Positions 1 through 10,300 of a stretch of DNA of 64,000 nt are shown piece by piece. The notes beneath the pieces were generated by a model that had not been told where the DNA came from, made no database searches, and was given only the letters and a program-made list of their open reading frames with translations. The stretch is from Planctomycetota bacterium (GTDB taxonomy: Bacteria; Planctomycetota; GCA-002687715; CAIWVZ01). Every line of letters begins with the position of its first letter. The stretch's first letter is position 1. The translations under genes and the position numbers were made by a program. The DNA lies in the NCBI GenBank assembly GCA_044222185.1, contig JBGANV010000001.1, positions 768,001 to 832,000 of the forward strand, in the 5' to 3' direction.

Positions 1-1
1 G

Positions 2-412
2 AAGGAGGGAGCGCTTCCGAAGATCTTCCAGGCGGTCCATCCCAAGTATCAGACGCCTTGGTTCGCGATCTGGAGCCAGGCCGCCTGGGCCATCGTGCTC
101 GTGCTGCTCTTCGACACGTTCAAGGACGTCACGGTCTACGTCGTCTTCGCGTCGCTCCTCTTCTACGCGCTCACCGTCTTCAGCGTGTACCTGCAGCGGG
201 CGCGGAACCCGGATCGGCCGCGCCCGTTCCGCTGTTTCGGCTACCCGTTCACGCCAGCCGTGTTCATCATCGTGGCTCTGTTCGTCGACGTGAAAACGTT
301 GTTCGATCCGACGGAGCAGAGGAACGCGCTGATCGGACTCGCCATCATCGCGTCAGGCGTTCCTGTGTACTTCCTCGGACGCATGGCGTCTAAAGCCCCA
401 TCTCCTTCATGA
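2..412 (+). CDS. APC-family amino acid permease, C-terminal part (5' truncated by window edge)
   Basis: Open frame from base 2 reads KEGALPKIFQAVHPKYQTPWFAI...RPRPFRCFGYP. The 'F..VHP...TP' and 'RPF...GYP' segments plus hydrophobic helices are typical of APC permease C-termini. Confidence 0.85.
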   Translation, partial: KEGALPKIFQAVHPKYQTPWFAIWSQAAWAIVLVLLFDTFKDVTVYVVFASLLFYALTVFSVYLQRARNPDRPRPFRCFGYPFTPAVFIIVALFVDVKTLFDPTEQRNALIGLAIIASGVPVYFLGRMASKAPSPS

Positions 413-2504
413 GATGCGGGGCCGGGATCACGCTCTCGAGGAACCACGCGATGTAGCGGATGTCGACGCTCACGTTGCGTGAGCGGTCGGCATTCCAGCC
501 GAAGTCGCCGGCGACGGCTTCGAAGACGCGATCGAAATTGAGGCCCACCAACTCGCCCTTGCCGTTGATGACCGGCGATCCCGAGTTGCCCCCAGTCGTG
601 TCCGCGTCCGACAGGAAGCAAACGGGCACGTCACCGAGCCTGGCATCGACGAACCGACTCGTCTTGCGCGACTCCGCCGCGGCCAGCTGTGCCGGGGCAC
701 ACTCGAATGGCTCCTTCCCGGTGGCCTTCGCCAGCAACCCGGCGACGGTCGTCTGCGCCGTGTTCATCACGCCATCTCGCGGCGAGTAGCTCCGCACGGT
801 GGCGATCGACACACGGAGCGTCGAGTTCGCGTCGGGGTAGAACTGGGTCCCGCGCCACGCCTGTTGCGCGGCGATCCACTTGCGACCCACGTCGAGACGG
901 CGCCCCTCGGCGAGCTTCTGGCGGGCCTGCATGGCCCGACGCTCCCGCGCCAGGCCCCGAGCCAGCTTGATCAGCGGATCCTCGCTCGCTTTCAGCGCCT
1001 CCTGGCCGCCGCGGAACAGTTCGCCGCGTGCGGCGGGGTCCGTCATCTTGGTGCGCTTCAGGATGTCGGCCGCGATTTCGGCTCCGGTTCCCGTGGCAGA
1101 ACGGATCTCCTCGAGGCCTTCGACGACGTCGTCGGCCTTCAACCTGCGGGCCTCGTCGATGGCGATGGCAAAGATCGGAACCTGCACCTTCGCGAGGTCA
1201 CGCAACGCACGGTCCGCGGTCACGAGGCGCTGGATGCCGGCAGGAACGGGCCGACTCTCGGGGACCGCCGCGACGGCATCACAGCCTTCCACCAGCGACG
1301 TGATCATCGGCAGCGTCTGCGACAGCATGGCGGAGATGACGAAGTCCTTCGTTCCGGTGGAGTTCACCGTGCGATCGAGGGTGATCATGTCCTGGAGAAC
1401 GGTGCCGAACTGGGCGCGGCGGTCCGGATCAGCCTCGATCCACTTGGAGAGCTCGGCTTCTTCCCGCTGGCGCACGGCGAGAGTGCCGTTGCGCGCGAGC
1501 CCCTTCACCATCCCGAGCGCGTTCTTCTGCGAATTCGCCAGCGACTTGATCGTCGTCGACAATTCGAGGGCCTTGGCTTCGTCGCCGAGTCCGGCAGCCT
1601 GGAGCACCTCGATCGTCTTCGTGAACACCTCGTAGCGCCGGGGGTAGATCTCGTTCTGTCGTGCCGCGATCGCCTCGGATGAGAGGTAGCGCTCGGTTCT
1701 GCCCGGGTATCCCATGACGACGACGAGGTCGCCTTCGGACACGCCCTTCGCGGAAACCTTGAGATGGTGCTCGGGCTTGAACGGCACGTTGTCCTTCGAA
1801 TAGGGCTTGGGCGTTCCGTCCGGGGCCACGTACGCACGGAAGAACATGAAGTCGCCGGTGTGCCGCGGCCATTCCCAGTTGTCGTCCTCGCCGCCGTACT
1901 CGCCGACGCTGCGTGGAGGTGCGTACACGAGCCGGACGTCCTGGATGCGCGTGCGATGGTAGAGGTGGTACTCGGTACCGTTCAGGAACGACGACACGCT
2001 GCAGACCGTGTTGGGCGCCTTCTGGCCTTCGGCCACGAGTCGCCCGATCTCGGCTTGGATGCGATCGACCCGGTCTGCGTCCGACGTGGCACCCTTCTCG
2101 ACGGCGCGGATCTTCTCCGTGATGTCTTCGATCCGTCGCACGATGAGGACCTGCATGCTCGCTGGCAGCTCGTCGGCGCGGGTCGCTGCCACGTAGCCAT
2201 TCTTCAGGTAGTTCCGCTCGGGCGTACTGAGTTTCTGGACCGCACCGAACCCGCAGTGGTGGTTCGTGACCACGAGACCCTCGGGCGAGCAGAAGGATGC
2301 CGTGCATCCGCCGATCTGCACCGTTGCCGACAGCACTCCGCCCTTCTCCGGATGCCAGAACTCGTCCTTCGTCAGTTCCATGCCGCGTGACTTGAGCTTT
2401 GCCCAGTCCATGTCGAGGACCTGTCGCGGCAGCCACTGACCCTCGTCGCGGACGGGTGAAAGCACGGCAAACAGGCTGAAGACCAATGGAATCGTGAGTT
2501 TCAT
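390..2504 (-). CDS. S46 family dipeptidyl peptidase (DPP7/DPP11-like), secreted
   Basis: Signal peptide followed by DEGQW; motifs TNHHC, DNWEWPRHTGDF, YPDANSTLR, DTTGGNSGSP (catalytic Ser), GLNFDR. Confidence 0.95.
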   Translation of the reverse strand: MKLTIPLVFSLFAVLSPVRDEGQWLPRQVLDMDWAKLKSRGMELTKDEFWHPEKGGVLSATVQIGGCTASFCSPEGLVVTNHHCGFGAVQKLSTPERNYLKNGYVAATRADELPASMQVLIVRRIEDITEKIRAVEKGATSDADRVDRIQAEIGRLVAEGQKAPNTVCSVSSFLNGTEYHLYHRTRIQDVRLVYAPPRSVGEYGGEDDNWEWPRHTGDFMFFRAYVAPDGTPKPYSKDNVPFKPEHHLKVSAKGVSEGDLVVVMGYPGRTERYLSSEAIAARQNEIYPRRYEVFTKTIEVLQAAGLGDEAKALELSTTIKSLANSQKNALGMVKGLARNGTLAVRQREEAELSKWIEADPDRRAQFGTVLQDMITLDRTVNSTGTKDFVISAMLSQTLPMITSLVEGCDAVAAVPESRPVPAGIQRLVTADRALRDLAKVQVPIFAIAIDEARRLKADDVVEGLEEIRSATGTGAEIAADILKRTKMTDPAARGELFRGGQEALKASEDPLIKLARGLARERRAMQARQKLAEGRRLDVGRKWIAAQQAWRGTQFYPDANSTLRVSIATVRSYSPRDGVMNTAQTTVAGLLAKATGKEPFECAPAQLAAAESRKTSRFVDARLGDVPVCFLSDADTTGGNSGSPVINGKGELVGLNFDRVFEAVAGDFGWNADRSRNVSVDIRYIAWFLESVIPAPHLMKEMGL

Positions 2505-2646
2505 CGCGTGGTAGACCTCGGGCTCCTGGCGCCGGTCGACGGAGACCGGTGCGGTCGGGTTTGGTCGGGGATTCTATGCGGCGGCTCCAGCATTGCACCT
2601 GCGGTTCCGCGAGCCGACAATGCGCGGGCCGACCCGGAGGTTCGCG

Positions 2647-4050
2647 ATGTCACGACCCTTTGCACCTCTACGCCCCGACGAGGACCCGCTCGACCCGTTC
2701 ACCCCGACGACCGAGAACCCGTTCGATCGGCGGAAGGCGGCCCACCTGCTCCGCCGGTCGGGGTTCGGGGCGCCAGCGGCGGAGGTGGATCGCGCCCTCG
2801 AGGTCGGACTGACCACCACGATCGATTCGCTCGTCGCCCCGCGTCCCCAGGACGACCCGTTCGACGCGCTTCAAGCCGCCGTGCAGGGGACGATCCTCGA
2901 CTTCTCGAAGGTCGAGCAGGTTCGCACGTGGTGGCTCTACCGCATCCAGACCACGCGGCGTCCGCTGGAAGAGAAGCTGACGCTGTTCTGGCACAACCAC
3001 TTCGCGACCAGCATCTCGAAGGTCGACCGTGCCGAGATGATGTTCGCGCAGAATCAGACGTTCCGTTTGCATGCGCTCGGGCGATTCCGCGATCTCGTCC
3101 TCGCGATCAGCAAGGACCCGGCCATGCTGATCTGGCTGGACAGCAACACGAACAAGAAGGGCAAGCCCAACGAGAACTACGCCCGTGAACTCCTGGAGCT
3201 CTTCACCCTGGGGCAGGGACCTTACACAGAACGCGACGTCATGGAGGCTGCGCGCGCCTTCACCGGCTGGCACATGAGCAACGGAGCGTTCGAGTTCCGA
3301 GCCGGCGAGCACGACACCGGCGAGAAGACCGTCCTCGGGAGGAAGGGGCCGCTCGATGGCACGGACGTCGTGGACGTCGTCCTCGAGCACCCGGGTGCGG
3401 CGCAGTTCATCGCGCGGAAGATCTTCGTCGCCTTCTGCCACGAGGCTCCGGCGGAGAATCTCGTGGCGCGCCTCGCCGACGTGTTCCGGGCATCGGGCTA
3501 CTCGATCTCCGCCCTGATGAAGCGACTGCTGTCGTCCAAGGTCTTCTTTTCGCAGGCGGCGTGGCGCGGTGTCGTCAAATCGCCCGTCGAGTTCGTGATG
3601 GGGGCCGCGCGGGAATCGTCGGCGCAGTTCAGCCTGGCGGATTGCGCCCAGAGCCTGCGGCAGATGGGACAGGATCTCTTCAATCCTCCGACGGTGAAGG
3701 GTTGGGACGGCGGGCAGGAGTGGCTGAACTCGGCGACGGTGCTCGAACGGATGAACTTCGCGAAAACGCTCGCGCATGCGCGCAACCCCAAAGCGGGGAG
3801 CCGGACGGCCGTCGACGAGATCTGCGCGCGGGAGAAGTTCGCGACGCCCCAGGCGGCGGTGGCTTACTTCCTCCGCCTCCACGTCGATGACGACGTTCCG
3901 GACGAGACCCGGCGTGCGTTGACGAACTACCTCACGCAGGACGATGGCGAGAAGCCTCGCAAGTGGCTGACGTCGGGGCGGGGCTACGAGTCGAAGGTCC
4001 GCGGCTTGATCCACCTCGTGCTGTCCACGCCCGAATACCAGCTCTGCTGA
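2647..4050 (+). CDS. DUF1800 family protein
   Basis: Motifs HLLRRSGFG, EKLTLFWHNHFATS, PAMLIWLD, PNENYARELLELFTLG, C-terminal PEYQLC. Start placed at ATG 2647 after GGAGG. Confidence 0.92.
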   Translation: MSRPFAPLRPDEDPLDPFTPTTENPFDRRKAAHLLRRSGFGAPAAEVDRALEVGLTTTIDSLVAPRPQDDPFDALQAAVQGTILDFSKVEQVRTWWLYRIQTTRRPLEEKLTLFWHNHFATSISKVDRAEMMFAQNQTFRLHALGRFRDLVLAISKDPAMLIWLDSNTNKKGKPNENYARELLELFTLGQGPYTERDVMEAARAFTGWHMSNGAFEFRAGEHDTGEKTVLGRKGPLDGTDVVDVVLEHPGAAQFIARKIFVAFCHEAPAENLVARLADVFRASGYSISALMKRLLSSKVFFSQAAWRGVVKSPVEFVMGAARESSAQFSLADCAQSLRQMGQDLFNPPTVKGWDGGQEWLNSATVLERMNFAKTLAHARNPKAGSRTAVDEICAREKFATPQAAVAYFLRLHVDDDVPDETRRALTNYLTQDDGEKPRKWLTSGRGYESKVRGLIHLVLSTPEYQLC

Positions 4051-4069
4051 TCGGATCCGGAGTCACACC

Positions 4070-5434
4070 ATGATCACGCGACGGAGTTTCCTGAGGCAGT
4101 CGCTGGCAAGCGCCGCGTTCCTGAATCTCGCCGGCGCCGCTTCGCCGTTGCTCGCAAATGCAGCAAGCCTGGCCGGACGGCAGTCACTCCATTCGGACCT
4201 GCGACGACGGCTCGTGGTCGTGATCGTGCTCGGCGGCGGCAATGACGGACTGAACACCGTGATCCCGTACCGTGACGACGGGTACTACAAGCGCCGCCCG
4301 ACGATCGCGATCAAGCGGGAGAAGGTCCTGGCTCTGGACGATTCCGTCGGATTGCACCCGGCGCTCCGCCCGCTGCTCGAGCTGTACGACGACGGTCAGC
4401 TCGCCGTCGTGCAGGGCGTCGGCTATCCGCGTCCGTCGTACTCGCATTTCCAGTCGAACGACATCTGGATGACCGGTGACGTCCGCTACCCGTCACCGTT
4501 GGGATCGGGGTGGCTCGCGCGCGCCGTCACGGCGATCCCGTCGGCCGATCGGGGTCGCTTCGGCGCCATGGGGCTTGGAGCTCGGGCGTTGCCGCTCTCG
4601 CTGAAGAGCCCGGACCTCGTCGTGCCCGCCGTCGCCGCGTTCGACTCCTACAAGGTCCAGACGGACGACGATTCACGCTTCGACGCCAAGCTGGAACAGA
4701 CCATCCTCGCGGGCATGGCGAACCTCGAGCGGAAGGACGAAGCGAGCGGCGTGGCGTTCGCGCGCGGAGTGATGCGCGAGGCCCTGTCGAGCGTGGACGC
4801 CCTGCAGAAGGGCGTCGATCGCTACCAGGGGGGCGTGAGCTATCCGTCCACGGACCTCGGCCGCAAGCTCGCCATGGCCGCACGTGCCGTTGCCGCGGAT
4901 CTGGGCACGCGTGTGATCCAGGTCGGCTTCGGCGGATTCGACACGCATTCGGGCCAGCTCAACCAGCAAGAGCAACTCCTCGGGCAGCTCGCCAAGGCGA
5001 TTCCACCGTTCCTGGAGGACCTGCGGGCGCAGCATCGTGCCGATGACACGTTGATCGTCACCATGAGCGAGTTCGGGCGCCGCGTGGCGGAGAACGGCAG
5101 CGGCGGAACGGACCACGGGACGGCGGCACCGCTGTTCGTGATCGGGCCCGGGATCCAAGGCGGCGTGCACGGCGCTCACCCCTCGCTGACCGACCTCCAC
5201 GAGGACCGGGACCTCAAGTTCACGACCGACTTCCGTTCGGTCTATGCCGCGATCCTCGACGGGTGGCTCGGAGTGACGTCCGAGTCAGTGCTTGGCGGGC
5301 GCTACGTGCCCGTTCCGTTCCTCGCGAGTGCCGAGTCCCGGGTCACCAGTCGAAAACGTCCTGGATCGGAACGGAGCGACGACGATTCGGACGAGCCGAC
5401 CATCCCCCGAACGAGCGTCCGGCCGATCTTCTGA
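4070..5434 (+). CDS. DUF1501 family protein with Tat signal
   Basis: N-terminal TRRSFL twin-arginine motif; LGGGNDGLN, SHF, GGFDTH, SEFGRR, GTDHG, DFRSVYA; adjacent to the DUF1800 gene, the usual pairing. Confidence 0.92.
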   Translation: MITRRSFLRQSLASAAFLNLAGAASPLLANAASLAGRQSLHSDLRRRLVVVIVLGGGNDGLNTVIPYRDDGYYKRRPTIAIKREKVLALDDSVGLHPALRPLLELYDDGQLAVVQGVGYPRPSYSHFQSNDIWMTGDVRYPSPLGSGWLARAVTAIPSADRGRFGAMGLGARALPLSLKSPDLVVPAVAAFDSYKVQTDDDSRFDAKLEQTILAGMANLERKDEASGVAFARGVMREALSSVDALQKGVDRYQGGVSYPSTDLGRKLAMAARAVAADLGTRVIQVGFGGFDTHSGQLNQQEQLLGQLAKAIPPFLEDLRAQHRADDTLIVTMSEFGRRVAENGSGGTDHGTAAPLFVIGPGIQGGVHGAHPSLTDLHEDRDLKFTTDFRSVYAAILDGWLGVTSESVLGGRYVPVPFLASAESRVTSRKRPGSERSDDDSDEPTIPRTSVRPIF

Positions 5435-5449
5435 CGCGCGGCCCTTCCG

Positions 5450-6730
5450 TCATTTGCGCGGCGCCAGCTCGGCGAGGAGCTTGTTCGCGACGCGCGTCGC
5501 TCGCTCATCGGTCGTGAGCGTCAGCACGCGCCGCAGGTGTGGCTCGAGAAACCGGTCGAGCGAGTAGATCCGCTCGAGCGCTTCCTTCATCTCGCGCGGC
5601 TCGGCGGACGTCGCCGCGACGAGGTCGCGGATGAGCCCCTGCTCGGCCTCCGGCGTCATGTACTCGAGTCGGCCGACGAGCACTCGCACGAGGGCGTCGG
5701 GCTTGGGCTGGATCTCGAGGGGGAGCAGACCATCGACCAATGCGCGAGGCACGAGGTACAGGAAGCGTGTTCCTTCGGTGCCGAACCATTGGCGAGCCCA
5801 CGTCGCCACCATGGCTTCGGCTTCGTCGCCGAAAAGCCCCTGCTCGACGAGCGCATGCTTGACGACGACCTTGAGGCCTTCGATCACGCCGGCCTTCGGG
5901 CCATGCTTCGACTCGGCCCAGTTCGCCTCAACGCTCCCGTGCGCCGGCACGGTGCCGAGGGCCGCAAAGCTCCCGCTCGCACCGCGGATCGTGAGAGCGA
6001 AGCAGGCGGGAATCGGCTGATCACCCGAATTCGAGAAGCGCGAACGACCTTCGGCCTTCGATTCGACCGACACAGGCAACGTGAACGTCCCGAGGCCCCG
6101 ATAGAAGAGGTAGTGCTCGGACTCCACCGGTCCCATGCGGTGCTCGCCGGATCGCGGCTGCGTCCGCACCATGGCGGCGTCGACGCGGCGCGCCAGTTCC
6201 CAAGGCTCGCCCTCGCCGACGACTGGCGGCGCGGGAGTGACGTCCTTCTTCTGGGGCAGAAGGTCGACGTCCCATTCGAGGAACGACCGCTTCACGCTCG
6301 CGATGTCGAGCGGTCCGTCCTTGCGCTCGTTCTCCGGCGGTCCCACCAGGTTGCTGACCGGGAACCACTGCGTGAGCAGGCCGCCGACGAAGTCCACGCG
6401 CACGCGAGCCTTGCGGGGCGTCTTCGTGTGGAAATAGATGACCGGCGTTTCCATCTTCTGCGTGACGTGCTCGGCGGGAACCTCCAGGCCCTTGTAGCCG
6501 TAGCTGCGCAGCGGGCACTCGCGGATCTTCGTGCGCGAGTAGACGAAGGACGGAAGCGGTTCCTCCTCGTGCTGGAGCCCTTCCAGGCTGGTGCCCGTGG
6601 AGCCTTGGACCGATGTGAAGGTTCCCCATTCGTGAACGACGAAGGGGTCGGCGGCCTGCTGCGGAGCCTGAGCGACGAGGAGGCCCGCCGCAGCCGTGAT
6701 GCAAAGGGCGATTCGAAGCTTGTGACGCAT
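5450..6730 (-). CDS. Secreted conserved hypothetical protein (HEWGTFTS / METPVIYF motifs)
   Basis: ATG 6730 with GGAG upstream, signal peptide MRHKLRIALCITAAAGLLVAQA, long ORF with natural composition. Confidence 0.85.
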   Translation of the reverse strand: MRHKLRIALCITAAAGLLVAQAPQQAADPFVVHEWGTFTSVQGSTGTSLEGLQHEEEPLPSFVYSRTKIRECPLRSYGYKGLEVPAEHVTQKMETPVIYFHTKTPRKARVRVDFVGGLLTQWFPVSNLVGPPENERKDGPLDIASVKRSFLEWDVDLLPQKKDVTPAPPVVGEGEPWELARRVDAAMVRTQPRSGEHRMGPVESEHYLFYRGLGTFTLPVSVESKAEGRSRFSNSGDQPIPACFALTIRGASGSFAALGTVPAHGSVEANWAESKHGPKAGVIEGLKVVVKHALVEQGLFGDEAEAMVATWARQWFGTEGTRFLYLVPRALVDGLLPLEIQPKPDALVRVLVGRLEYMTPEAEQGLIRDLVAATSAEPREMKEALERIYSLDRFLEPHLRRVLTLTTDERATRVANKLLAELAPRK

Positions 6731-6805
6731 GCTGGTTTCTCCATGGGCGACGGACGAGTTCGCCACCGCCAATACGGACGCGCCGGCTGGAGGACCGTTA
6801 TCCGC

Positions 6806-7315
6806 TCAGGCCCTCGGAGCGGCGGCGGGTTTCCGCCGGGACGGCAACCAGGCGAGCAGCGTTCCGAGGACGAACGTCCACACGAAGCCCGCGAACGACG
6901 TGAGGAGCGCGAGGGTTCCGGCGGCGCCCAGCTTCTCGATCGTGGTCGTGCCGAGCTTGGGCCCTCGCTTCTCGGGTGTGAAGCGACCGAACGTCCAACC
7001 CTGGAACTGAGCGGTTCCGTAGGTGATGAGATTGGGAAGTCCCCAGACGAGGAGTGCGATGAGCAGACAGGCGAGGGCGAACCGGCCGAAGGACACTCCC
7101 GCGAACGTCCGACGGATCCCCGCCACGAGGTAGACGATCGGCATGACGTAATAGACGCCACCCAGCCAGAACGGCATGAGGAATTTGTCTTCGTGGAAGT
7201 GTTCCGCGGCGACCTGAGGCCGGCCGGCCGCGTACAGGTCGAAGCCGAAGCGGATTGCGGCGACGATCCACCCGATGAAGACGATCCAGCGGACGCGTGA
7301 CCAGAGTGACGGCAT
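6806..7315 (-). CDS. Hypothetical membrane protein (~4 TM)
   Basis: ATG 7315 with GGAG upstream; several hydrophobic helices; co-oriented with neighbours. Confidence 0.75.
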   Translation of the reverse strand: MPSLWSRVRWIVFIGWIVAAIRFGFDLYAAGRPQVAAEHFHEDKFLMPFWLGGVYYVMPIVYLVAGIRRTFAGVSFGRFALACLLIALLVWGLPNLITYGTAQFQGWTFGRFTPEKRGPKLGTTTIEKLGAAGTLALLTSFAGFVWTFVLGTLLAWLPSRRKPAAAPRA

Positions 7316-7393
7316 GATGTGTTCTCCCGGTTCGTTATGTGGGACGGCACGATACACGTCCCGGGAGACAGCCACTCGCGGATCGGGCGCCGC

Positions 7394-10300
7394 TCAGCGT
7401 CGCCTGCGCACGGGGCTAGCGAACGGTGACCGCCCGATCGGCACGCGGAACGTCTGCTCCGTCGCCTGGTCCGCGACCTCGATGGTTGCCGAGTCGGAGT
7501 CCGGTTCGATGACGAAGGGCGGAATCGGGCCGTCATGGCTGAAGATCGCGACGCGATAGGTACCCGGCATGCCGACGGTCAGTCGGAACTGGCCGTCGCG
7601 GAGGTCAACCACACCGCCGGCGGGGAGCCGCGCAAGCGCCGTGCGTTCGGCCTGACCGTCGGGCTCGTTCATGACGGACTCCCGCGGCACCCAGGCGACC
7701 AAGGCCTTCAGGTGTGCGGGGCGCGAGCCTGCGGGGCCCGCGTCCGCGATGATCGTGGCGCTGAGGCCAGGCATGAGCGTGACGCGCTCGGTCTTGCCGT
7801 CCCACGGCAGGCGGGCCGTCCGGAAACCGGCAGCGCGCACCACGAGGTCTCCCTCGGCGGCTGCGGTGACGAATGACGCCTCGCCCGTGGCGCCACAGGT
7901 GGCGCCACCGACCTTCGCGGCCGGGCGCGCACGGGTGAGGAAGCTGACCTCGGCGCCGGGCACCGGATGATCCGCACCGTCGCGCACGCTCAGGCGGATC
8001 CGACGGACAGCGCCGCGCAGGTCCGCCGCGGGAACGACGATCGGCGTCGTGCTCGTGCCGGTCACGTCGACCTCACCAAGCGTGGCGAGAGTGAGGTCGG
8101 AGGAGGAGCCGCCCACCGAGCCGAAACTGGTGACCGTCGTCGACGAGCGCGTGATCGACTCGACGACCGGGTCCGATCCCGCACGGTACGTCAGGACGAC
8201 TTCGTACTTGCCCGCGCGAACACGATCGATCTGGAACTCCGTCACCTGCGCGCCCCGGGTCGCATCCGCGAGCGCGAGGTTCGCGGTCCGAGACGTGCCT
8301 CCGACGCCGTGCTGGCGCAGGCCGACGGCGAGGCCCTCGATCAGAAAGCCCGGGTCGAACGTCACGGTTCCGGTGATCGTTCCCGTCGATGCGCGCTCCG
8401 ACTGCGAGAACACGACGACGAGCTCCGTCGCACCGACGTCGAACGTGAAGGACGGGGGCACCATCTGATCGCTGGAGCGGGCGCGGATTCCGAGCCGCGT
8501 CGTCGTCGTGAGCCCTCGGATGGCGAACCGCCCATCCTCGTCCGTGAGACCGGTCAGCGCCGGCTCCGTCGTCCACAGCGCGGGCCGGAACGCCGGCCTC
8601 GACGACGAGGGCTGCAACGCGGGGGTGTCCAATGGAACCTCGATCGCGATGACGACGCCACCGAGCGGTTTGCTCGCGGCACTCAGTGCTTTCCCTGCGG
8701 CGATGATCGGGAGCGGTGGGAACGGTATCGGCTGCGTGACCGACGCCGTGCGCAGGGCCGATGCGTCGAGGACGGCTCCCCGAACCGCAAGTCCCAGCTC
8801 GTCCAGCAGGAGCAGCTGAAGAGATGCCTCGGGCGCAAAGCGTGCGAGAAATTGCCGCTCGATGGCGAACGTCCCGTCCGCGTCCGCCGGGATCGTCTCG
8901 AGTCCGCGCAGCAGCGTCGCCCCGGCGGGGTTCGGTGGCCCTGCGAGCAGCATCGACCTCTCACGTGGGGCCTGACCCGTCGCCGGGTCCACGGGACGGA
9001 CTCTCGCGATCGGCGCGGACCTCGGCTCCTTGGGGGAGACGGTGGCCGACGTACCAGCGGTCACGGCGTACGGAATCGTGGACTCCGCCAGCTTCGATCC
9101 CTCGATCGGGACGCCTGCGGACTCGGCGAACGCTCCCGTTGCCGCGAGCACGAGCGACTGCGAAGCCAGGCTGCGCGCGAAGTGCTGGGCATGGCGGACC
9201 TCGGCCCGCCCATCCTCGCCCGTCGTCCCGCGCCACACGACGAGTTCCGAGACGTCGCCTCGACGCAGTTCGAGCGGGACCGAAGCCGCGCCGCGCCCGT
9301 CGACTCCACGCGCCTCGATCCACGAGCTGCGGTCCGCCTCGACGTTCACGACGATCGATCGGGGCGGTTGAGATCGCGGCGGAACGATTCGCGTCTTGCC
9401 CCACCTCCCACCGTGCTCGGCGACGACCTCGATGGAGCGGACGGACCGAGGGATCCGAACGGTGCCGGTGGCGTCCGTCTCCTGCGGTTGACGCGCGGAT
9501 CGGATCTCGCGCTCCACGTTTCCGTCGTTGGCGCTCCAGGCTTCGCGAGCCGCGGGCCCGAGAAGGTCCGGGATCACCCACCAGACCGATGCGCCGACGA
9601 CGAACGCTCCGTCCGACGCGTCTCGGACCTGGACGACCCAGGGTGGCGGTGTTCCCGCCATCGGTTCCTTCGCGTCTGGTTCGAGCGGCATCGGCCGAAC
9701 GGGCGGGGAGTCGTTGGGGCGGGACGGCTGCACCGGACCGGGGGCCTCCGGGGCGGGCACGCCCGATCGCGGTTCGTGGACTGGCGTGGGCGCGAAACTC
9801 GAACGGGGAGAGAACGTGAACTGCACGACTCCGACTGCGATCACGAGCAGCGCCGCGGCTGCGGAGAGCACACCGAGCTTGGCGCCCGACGCCGCCGTCC
9901 CGAGCGGGACCAGCGGAAGCGCCCACCGCTCGCGACCACCGCAGGACTCATCCAGTTCCTCCCGAAGCTGCGCGATCGCACGGGAAAGCCGGCTGCGCAC
10001 GGTGCCTTCAGGGATCGCGAGCCTCCGTGCGATCTCCACCGTCGACAGGCCGTCGTAGTACCGGAGCATGATGACCGTGGAATAGGGTTCTTCGAGAGCC
10101 ATCACGCGACGTACCACGGTGGCGAGCACCTCTCGCCGGGCAACCAGGTCCACCGTCGGCTCGGCCGTGCGCGCCGTGCGCGCTGCCGTCTCGTGATGCT
10201 CGCGCCGGGCGCGGGAACGCCACGCGTTGATGGCGGTGTGGCCCGTGACGCTCCGGATGAAGCCTCGGATCGCGCCTTCGTCACGCAGCCTTCCTCGCAG

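Noticed and set aside
390-412. 23-bp convergent overlap of the permease and S46 peptidase 3' ends
   Set aside because: Common in compact high-GC genomes; no further signal.
2668-4014. 448-aa minus-strand ORF, and similar long antisense ORFs (5537-7300, 7967-10405, 15450-16919, 39577-40731, 52965-55274)
   Set aside because: They lie opposite well-supported genes, are Arg/Gly/His-rich and carry no motifs; typical high-GC shadow ORFs.
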